Below are positions 24,501-33,523 of a DNA stretch of 33,523 bases, piece by piece. The DNA comes from Utricularia gibba. Taxonomy: Eukaryota; Plantae; Magnoliophyta. The position numbers and the translations under genes are program-made. The stretch's first letter is position 1; each line of letters begins with the position of its first letter. The stretch spans positions 1 through 33,523 of the forward strand of contig NEEC01000224.1 of the NCBI GenBank assembly GCA_002189035.1, written 5' to 3'. The notes below the pieces were generated by a model. It did not search any database. It saw only the letters and a program-made list of their open reading frames with translations, and was not told the origin of the DNA.

Positions 24501-26065
24501 GTTGTTGAGAAAACCATTTGGGGTGCTCATGACATCCTAACTTCAAAAAATGCATCACGATTTTCATCGAGTAGCACCCGATTGGGCTCAGGAGCCAGAC
24601 CGAACCTTGGGCCCTTACAAAGCTGCCAACGACAGCACCCGCCTTAAAATGGCAAGCTATTGCTTGAAAAACCATTCAGGCAGCCGCCGAAAACCCAACG
24701 TTGATAAATGCATCACTTATTTTCCGGGCTACAACTGACTATGGGCCATAGCCCGACCCGACCTCTGGCCCAATCCCGAAACCCCCCAAGAGCGCCTTCT
24801 GAATATAAAGTAGAGTGTTGAGAAAACCCGTTGGGGTTCTCATGACATCCTAACTAAAGCAAATGCATTACGATTTCGTCGAGTACGACCCGATTGGGCT
24901 TAGTAGCCAGACCGAATCTCGGGCCCTGACAAAGCTCCCAACTACAGCACCCACCTTAAAACGGCAAGCTGTTGCTTGAAAAACCATTTAGGCAGCCGCC
25001 GAAAACCCATCGTTGATAAATGCATCACTTATTTTCCGGGCTACAACTGACTATTGGCCTGAGCCCGACCCGACCTCTGGCCCAATCCCGAAACCCTCCG
25101 AGGGCGCCTTCTCAAATATATAGCAGAGTGTTGAGAAAACCCATTGGGGTTCTCATGACATCCTAACTACATCAAATGCGTTACGATTTTCGTCGAGTGC
25201 GACCCGATTGGGCTTAGTAGCCAGACCGAATCTCGGGCCGGACAAAGCTCCCAACGACAGCACCCGCCTTTAAATGGCAAGCTGTTGCTTGAAAAACCAT
25301 GTGGGCAGCCGCCGACAACCCAACGTTAATAAATGCATCACTTCTTTTGCCGGGCTACAGCTGACTTTGGGCTCAAGCCCGACCCGAATCCGGCCCGATC
25401 TCGGTGACCCACAAAAGCGCCTTGTCAAGTGTAAAGCATGCTGTTGAAAAAACCATTTGGTGGTCATGAGATCCTAACTTCAATAAAGGTGTCACGATTT
25501 TCGTCGAATGGGATCGGATTGTGCTGTGAAGTCAGACCGAACCTTGGGTCCGGACGAAGTTCCCAACAACAGCACCCGCAAAAAAACGACAACTTTTCCT
25601 CGAAAAAAGCATGTAGGCAGCCGCCGAAAACCCAACGTTAATAAATGCATCACTTTTTTGGCCGGGCTACAAATGACTATGGGCCAGAGCGCGACTCGAC
25701 CATTTGCTCGATACTAGTGCCAGCCTAGAGCGCCTCCTCAAATATAAATCAGGTTGTGAGAAAACCATTTGGGGTGCTCATGACATCCTAACTTCAAAAA
25801 ATGCATCACGATTTTCATCGAGTAGCACCCGATTGGGCTCAGGAGCCAGACCGAACCTTGGGCCCTTACAAAGCTGCCAACGACAGCACCCGCCTTAAAA
25901 TGGCAAGCTATTGCTTGAAAAACCATTCAGGCAGCCGCCGAAAACCCAACGTTGATAAATGCATCACTTATTTTCCGGGCTACAACTGACTATGGGCCAT
26001 AGCCCGACCCGACCTGGCCCAATCCCGAAACCCCCAAGAGCGCCTTCTGAAATATAAAGTAGAGT

Positions 26066-26364
26066 GTTGAGAAAACCCGTTTGGGTTCTCATGACATCCT
26101 AACTAAAGCAAATGCATTACGATTTCGTCGAGTACGACCCGATTGGGCTTAGTAGCCAGACCGAATCTCGGGCCCTGACAAAGCTCCCAACTTAAATGGC
26201 AAGCTGTTGCTTGAAAAACCATGTGGGCAGCCGCCGACAACCCAACGTTAATAAATGCATCACTTCTTTTGCCGGGCTACAGCTGACTTTGGGCTCAAGC
26301 CCGACCCGAATCCGGCCCGATCTCGGTGACCCACAAAAGCGCCTTGTCAAGTGTAAAGCATGCT
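26066..26364. repeat. Fused D1/A2 monomer (loss of one monomer equivalent, D2+A1)
   Basis: D first half (gggccctgacaaagctcccaac) is joined at 26191/26192 to ttaaatggcaagctgttgcttgaaaaaccatgtggg (A). ORF spacing across it is 920. Confidence 0.92.
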
Positions 26365-28279
26365 GTTGAAAAAACCATTTGGGGTGGTCATGAGATCCTA
26401 ACTTCAATAAAGGTTCACGATTTTCGTCGAATGGGATCGGATTGTGCTGTGAAGTCAGACCGAACCTTGGGTCCGGACAAAGTTCCCAACAACAGCACCC
26501 GCAAAAAAACGACAACTTTTCCTCAAAAAGCATGTAGGCAGCCGCCGAAAACCCAACGTTAATAAATGCATCACTTTTTGGCCGGGCTACAAATGACTAT
26601 GGGCCAGAGCGCGACTCGACCATTTGCTCGATACTAGTGCCAGCCTAGAGCGCCTCCTCAAATATAAATCAGGTTGTTGAGAAAACCATTTGGGGTGCTC
26701 ATGACATCCTAACTTCAAAAATGCATCACGATTTTCATCGAGTAGCACCCGATTGGGCTCAGGAGCCAGACCGAACCTTGGGCCCTTACAAAGCTGCCAA
26801 CGACAGCACCCGCCTTAAAATGGCAAGCTATTGCTTGAAAAACCATTCAGGCAGCCGCCGAAAACCCAACGTTGATAAATGCATCACTTATTTTCCGGGC
26901 TACAACTGACTATGGGCCATAGCCCGACCCGACCTCTGGCCCAATCCCGAAACCCCCAAGAGCGCCTTCTGAAATATAAAGTAGAGTGTTGAGAAAACCC
27001 GTTGGGGTTCTCATGACATCCTAACTAAAGCAAATGCATTACGATTTCGTCGAGTACGACCCGATTGGGCTTAGTAGCCAGACCGAATCTCGGGCCCTGA
27101 CAAAGCTCCCAACTACAGCACCCACCTTAAAACGGCAAGCTGTTGCTTGAAAAACCATTTAGGCAGCCGCCGAAAACCCATCGTTGATAAATGCATCACT
27201 TATTTTCCGGGCTACAACTGACTATTGGCCTGAGCCCGACCCGACCTCTGGCCCAATCCCGAAACCCTCCGAGGGCGCCTTCTCAAATATATAGCAGAGT
27301 GTTGAGAAAACCCATTGGGGTTCTCATGACATCCTAACTACATCAAATGCGTTACGATTTTCGTCGAGTGCGACCCGATTGGGCTTAGTAGCCAGACCGA
27401 ATCTCGGGCCGGACAAAGCTCCCAACGACAGCACCCGCCTTTAAATGGCAAGCTGTTGCTTGAAAACCATGTGGGCAGCCGCCGACAACCCAACGTTAAT
27501 AAATGCATCACTTCTTTTGCCGGGCTACAGCTGACTTTGGGCTCAAGCCCGACCCGAATCCGGCCCGATCTCGGTGACCCACAAAAGCGCCTTGTCAAGT
27601 GTAAAGCATGCTGTTGAAAAAACCATTTGGGGTGGTCATGAGATCCTAACTTCAATAAAGGTGTCACGATTTTCGTCGAATGGGATCGGATTGTGCTGTG
27701 AAGTCAGACCGAACCTTGGGTCCGGACGAAGTTCCCAACAACAGCACCCGCAAAAAAACGACAACTTTTCCTCGAAAAAAGCATGTAGGCAGCCGCCGAA
27801 AACCCAACGTTAATAAATGCATCACTTTTTTGGCCGGGCTACAAATGACTATGGGCCAGAGCGCGACTCGACCATTTGCTCGATACTAGTGCCAGCCTAG
27901 AGCGCCTCCTCAAATATAAATCAGGTTGTTGAGAAAACCATTTGGGGTGCTCATGACATCCTAACTTCAAAAAATGCATCACGATTTTCATCGAGTAGCA
28001 CCCGATTGGGCTCAGGAGCCAGACCGAACCTTGGGCCCTTACAAAGCTGCCAACGACAGCACCCGCCTTAAAATGGCAAGCTATTGCTTGAAAAACCATT
28101 CAGGCAGCCGCCGAAAACCCAACGTTGATAAATGCATCACTTATTTTCCGGGCTACAACTGACTATGGGCCATAGCCCGACCCGACCTCTGGCCCAATCC
28201 GAAACCCCCCAAGAGCGCCTTCTGAAATATAAAGAGTGTTGAGAAAACCCATTGGGGTTCTCATGACATCCTAACTAAA

Positions 28280-28366
28280 ACGATCCGACCGAAGTTCTTC
28301 GATTGGTTACTTAAATGCCCCTCATGACATCCTAAAGCAAATGCGAGTCCCGATTGGCTCAGACCG
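28280..28366. other. Degenerate restart/compressed copy of the D first half
   Basis: About 40 bp of jumbled sequence, then a second ctcatgacatcctaa at 28321, followed by a deletion-riddled D1 that rejoins normal D at gggccctgac. Confidence 0.8.
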
Positions 28367-31076
28367 GGCCCTGACAAAGCTCCCAACTACAGCACCCACC
28401 TTAAAACGGCAAGCTGTTGCTTGAAAAACCATTTAGGCAGCCGCCGAAAACCCATCGTTGATAAATGCATCACTTATTTTCCGGGCTACAACTGACTATT
28501 GGCCTGAGCCCGACCCGACCTCTGGCCCAATCCCGAAACCCTCCGAGGGCGCCTTCTCAAATATATAGCAGAGTGTTGAGAAAACCCATTGGGGTTCTCA
28601 TGACATCCTAACTACATCAAATGCGTTACGATTTTCGTCGAGTGCGACCCGATTGGGCTTAGTAGCCAGACCGAATCTCGGGCCGGACAAAGCTCCCAAC
28701 GACAGCACCCGCCTTTAAATGGCAAGCTGTTGCTTGAAAAACCATGTGGCAGCCGCCGACAACCCAACGTTAATAAATGCATCACTTCTTTTGCCGGGCT
28801 ACAGCTGACTTTGGGCTCAAGCCCGACCCGAATCCGGCCCGATCTCGGTGACCCACAAAAGCGCCTTGTCAAGTGTAAAGCATGCTGTTGAAAAAACCAT
28901 TTGGGGTGGTCATGAGATCCTAACTTCAATAAAGGTCACGATTTTCGTCGAATGGGATCGGATTGTGCTGTGAAGTCAGACCGAACCTTGGGTCCGGACA
29001 AAGTTCCCAACAACAGCACCCGCAAAAAAACGACAACTTTTCCTCGAAAAAAGCATGTAGGCAGCCGCCGAAAACCCAACGTTAATAAATGCATCACTTT
29101 TTTGGCCGGGCTACAAATGACTATGGGCCAGAGCGCGACTCGACCATTTGCTCGATACTAGTGCCAGCCTAGAGCGCCTCCTCAAATATAAATCAGGTTG
29201 TTGAGAAAACCATTTGGGGTGCTCATGACATCCTAACTTCAAAAAATGCATCACGATTTTCATCGAGTAGCACCCGATTGGGCTCAGGAGCCAGACCGAA
29301 CCTTGGGCCCTTACAAAGCTGCCAACGACAGCACCCGCCTTAAAATGGCAAGCTATTGCTTGAAAAACCATTCAGGCAGCCGCCGAAAACCCAACGTTGA
29401 TAAATGCATCACTTATTTTCCGGGCTACAACTGACTATGGGCCATAGCCCGACCCGACCTCTGGCCCAATCCCGAAACCCCCAAGAGCGCCTTCTGAAAT
29501 ATAAAGTAGAGTGTTGAGAAAACCCATTGGGGTTCTCATGACATCCTAACTAAAGCAAATGCATTACGATTTCGTCGAGTACGACCCGATTGGGCTTAGT
29601 AGCCAGACCGAATCTCGGGCCCTGACAAAGCTCCCAACTACAGCACCCACCTTAAAACGGCAAGCTGTTGCTTGAAAAACCATTTAGGCAGCCGCCGAAA
29701 ACCCATCGTTGATAAATGCATCACTTATTTTCCGGGCTACAACTGACTATTGGCCTGAGCCCGACCCGACCTCTGGCCCAATCCCGAAACCCTCCGAGGG
29801 CGCCTTCTCAAATATATAGCAGAGTGTTGAGAAAACCCATTGGGGTTCTCATGACATCCTAACTACATCAAATGCGTTACGATTTTCGTCGAGTGCGACC
29901 CGATTGGGCTTAGTAGCCAGACCGAATCTCGGGCCGGACAAAGCTCCCAACGACAGCACCCGCTTTAAATGGCAAGCTGTTGCTTGAAAAACCATGTGGG
30001 CAGCCCGACAACCCAACGTTAATAAATGCATCACTTCTTTTGCCGGGCTACAGCTGACTTTGGGCTCAAGCCCGACCCGAATCCGGCCCGATCTCGGTGA
30101 CCCACAAAAGCGCCTTGTCAAGTGTAAAGCATGCTGTTGAAAAAACCATTTGGGGTGGTCATGAGATCCTAACTTCAATAAAGGTGTCACGATTTTCGTC
30201 GAATGGGATCGGATTGTGCTGTGAAGTCAGACCGAACCTTGGGTCCGGACGAAGTTCCCAACAACAGCACCCGCAAAAAAACGACAACTTTTCCTCGAAA
30301 AAAGCATGTAGGCAGCCGCCGAAAACCCAACGTTAATAAATGCATCACTTTTTTGGCCGGGCTACAAATGACTATGGGCCAGAGCGCGACTCGACCATTT
30401 GCTCGATACTAGTGCCAGCCTAGAGCGCCTCCTCAAATATAAATCAGGTTGTTGAGAAAACCATTTGGGGTGCTCATGACATCCTAACTTCAAAAAATGC
30501 ATCACGATTTTCATCGAGTAGCACCCGATTGGGCTCAGGAGCCAGACCGAACCTTGGGCCCTTACAAAGCTGCCAACGACAGCACCCGCCTTAAAATGGC
30601 AAGCTATTGCTTGAAAAACCATTCAGGCAGCCGCCGAAAACCCAACGTTGATAAATGCATCACTTATTTTCCGGGCTACAACTGACTATGGGCCATAGCC
30701 CGACCCGACCTCTGGCCCAATCCCGAAACCCCCAAGAGCGCCTTCTGAAATATAAAGTAGAGTGTTGAGAAAACCCATTGGGGTTCTCATGACATCCTAA
30801 CTAAAGCAAATGCATTACGATTTCGTCGAGTACGACCCGATTGGGCTTAGTAGCCAGACCGAATCTCGGGCCCTGACAAAGCTCCCAACTACAGCACCCA
30901 CCTTAAAACGGCAAGCTGTTGCTTGAAAAACCATTTAGGCAGCCGCCGAAAACCCATCGTTGATAAATGCATCACTTATTTTCCGGGCTACAACTGACTA
31001 TTGGCCTGAGCCCGACCCGACCTCTGGCCCAATCCCGAAACCCTCCGAGGGCGCCTTCTCAAATATATAGCAGAGT

Positions 31077-32003
31077 GTTGAGAAAACCCATTGGGGTTCT
31101 CATGACATCCTAACTACATCAAATGCGTTACGATTTTCGTCGAGTGCGACCCGATTGGGCTTAGTAGCCAGACCGAATCTCGGGCCGGACAAAGCTCCCA
31201 ACGACAGCACCCGCCTTTAAATGGCAAGCTGTTGCTTGAAAAACCATGTGGGCAGCCGCCGACAACCCAACGTTAATAAATGCATCACTTCTTTTGCCGG
31301 GCTACAGCTGACTATGGGCTCAAGCCCGACCCGAATCCGGCCCGATCTCGGTGACCCACAAAGCGCCTTGTCAAGTGTAAAGCATGCTGTTGAAAAACCA
31401 TTTGGGGTGGTCATGAGATCCTAACTTCAATAAAGGTGTCACGATTTTCGTCGAATGGGATCGGATTGTGCTGTGAAGTCAGACCGAACCTTGGGTCCGG
31501 ACGAAGTTCCCAACAACAGCACCCGCAAAAAAACGACAACTTTTCCTCGAAAAAAAGCATGTAGGCAGCCGCCGAAAACCCAACGTTAATAAATGCATCA
31601 CTTTTTTGGCCGGGCTACAAATGACTATGGGCCAGAGCCGACTCGACCATTTGCTCGATACCCCCTAGAGCGCCTCTCAAATATAATCAGGTGTTGAGAA
31701 AACCATTTGGGTCTCATGACATCCTAACTAAAGCAAATGCATTACGATTTTCGTCGAGTACGACCCGATTGGGCTTAGTAGCCAGACCGAATCTCGGGCC
31801 CTGACAAAGCTCCCAACTACAGCACCCACCTTAAAACGGCAAGCTGTTGCTTGAAAAACCATTTAGGCAGCCGCCGAAAACCCATCGTTGATAAATGCAT
31901 CACTTATTTTCCGGGCTACAACTGACTATTGGCCTGAGCCCGACCCGACCTCTGGCCCAATCCCGAAACCCCCAAGAGCGCCTTCTCAAATATATAGCAG
32001 AGT
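31077..32003. repeat. 3-monomer variant unit (A-B-D; monomer C essentially missing)
   Basis: Unit length is 927 bp. The C start gttgagaaaaccatttggg (31693) runs directly into D sequence tctcatgacatcctaactaaagc. The MHHDFH ORF is absent from this unit. Confidence 0.92.
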
Positions 32004-33523
32004 GTTGAGAAAACCCATTGGGGTTCTCATGACATCCTAACTACATCAAATGCGTTACGATTTTCGTCGAGTGCGACCCGATTGGGCTTAGTAGCCAGAC
32101 CGAATCTCGGGCCGGACAAAGCTCCCAACGACAGCACCCGCCTTTAAATGGCAAGCTGTTGCTTGAAAAACCATGTGGGCAGCCGCCGACAACCCAACGT
32201 TAATAAATGCATCACTTCTTTTGCCGGGCTACAGCTGACTTTGGGCTCAAGCCCGACCCGAATCCGGCCCGATCTCGGTGACCCACAAAAGCGCCTTGTC
32301 AAGTGTAAAGCATGCTGTTGAAAAAAAGGGGGGGTGGTCATGAGATCCTAACTTCAATAAAGGTGTCACGATTTTCGTCGAATGGGATCGGATTGTGCTG
32401 TGAAGTCAGACCGAACCTTGGGTCCGGACGAAGTTCCCAACAACAGCACCCGCAAAAAAACGACAACTTTTCCTCGAAAAAAGCATGTAGGCAGCCGCCG
32501 AAAACCCAACGTTAATAAATGCATCACTTTTTTGGCCGGGCTACAAATGACTATGGGCCAGAGCGCGACTCGACCATTTGCTCGATACTAGTGCCAGCCT
32601 AGAGCGCCTCCTCAAATATAAATCAGGTTGTTGAGAAAACCATTGGGGTGCTCATGACATCCTAACTTCAAAAAATGCATCACGATTTTCATCGAGTAGC
32701 ACCCGATTGGGCTCAGGAGCCAGACCGAACCTTGGGCCCTTACAAAGCTGCCAACGACAGCACCCGCCTTAAAATGGCAAGCTATTGCTTGAAAAACCAT
32801 TCAGGCAGCCGCCGAAAACCCAACGTTGATAAATGCATCACTTATTTTCCGGGCTACAACTGACTATGGCCATAGCCCGACCCGACCTCTGGCCCAATCC
32901 CGAAACCCCCCAAGAGCGCCTTCTGAAATATAAAGTAGAGTGTTGAGAAAACCCATTGGGGTTCTCATGACATCCTAACTAAAGCAAATGCATTACGATT
33001 TCGTCGAGTACGACCCGATTGGGCTTAGTAGCCAGACCGAATCTCGGGCCCTGACAAAGCTCCCAACTACAGCACCCACCTTAAAACGGCAAGCTGTTGC
33101 TTGAAAAACCATTTAGGCAGCCGCCGAAAACCCATCGTTGATAAATGCATCACTTATTTTCCGGGCTACAACTGACTATTGGCCTGAGCCCGACCCGACC
33201 TCTGGCCCAATCCCGAAACCCTCCGAGGCGCCTTCTCAAATATATAGCAGAGTGTTGAGAAAACCCATTGGGGTTCTCATGACATCCTAACTACATCAAA
33301 TGCGTTACGATTTTCGTCGAGTGCGACCCGATTGGGCTTAGTAGCCAGACCGAATCTCGGGCCGACAAAGCTCCCAACGACAGCACCCGCCTTTAAATGG
33401 CAAGCTGTTGCTTGAAAAACCATGTGGCAGCCGCCGACAACCCAACGTTAATAAATGCATCACTTCTTTTGCCGGGCTACAGCTGACTTGGGCTCAAGCC
33501 CGACCCGAATCCGGCCCGATCTC

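Larger units (their letters stand above)
1..33523. repeat. Tandem satellite array with a ~1.25-kb higher-order repeat (A-B-C-D), ~27 copies, head-to-tail, filling the window
   Basis: The A-monomer start (gttgagaaaacccattggggttctcatgacatcctaactacatc) recurs at 36, 1283, 2536, 4049, 5281, 6531, 7781, 9034, 10285, 11541, 12786, 14037, 15289, 16529, 17781, 19035, 20288, 22624, 23877, 25130, 27301, 28575, 29826, 31077, 32004 and 33254. The same chance ORF (MHHDFHRV...) appears 26 times, mostly 1240-1255 bp apart. No unique sequence is present. Confidence 0.99.

Noticed and set aside
32321-32334. A7G7 replacing aaaaaaccatttgggg
   Set aside because: It is a single occurrence in which flanking homopolymers overwrite the middle, most likely a sequencing or polishing error.
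1-33523. CRISPR array or repeat-spacer system
   Set aside because: There are no unique spacers; the sequence between the conserved motifs is identical in every unit. No cas genes are present.
1-33523. rDNA/5S/tRNA/snRNA tandem gene cluster
   Set aside because: I recognise no rRNA, tRNA or snRNA sequence or Pol III boxes. The unit decomposes fully into diverged ~156-bp subunits. Not checked with Rfam/tRNAscan.
1-33523. Assignment to a named satellite (CentO, CentC, CEN178, alpha satellite) or a CENP-B box
   Set aside because: Only the size class is similar. I do not recognise sequence identity or a canonical CENP-B box, so a database search is required.

Overview
The whole 33.5-kb window is one uninterrupted, single-orientation tandem satellite array. 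I found no supportable gene, RNA gene, mobile element or CRISPR array. The array has three nested periods: a degenerate ~152-159-bp basic unit, paired into ~312-bp monomers, four of which (here A, B, C, D) form a ~1,250-bp higher-order repeat (HOR). The HOR occurs about 27 times and is near-identical between copies. All ORFs in the track are chance frames repeated with the unit. The ~156-bp period, the HOR structure and many CG-to-TG/CA differences fit a methylated eukaryotic (peri)centromeric-type satellite, but I do not recognise the family or organism. The most informative signals are a half-shifted recent duplication inside the HOR, two linked HOR haplotypes that change in frequency along the window, and several monomer gains/losses and scrambled patches. 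Some of those patches look like long-read consensus artefacts. I do not see a new coding system; any novelty lies in the satellite architecture. Identities quoted are by-eye estimates.
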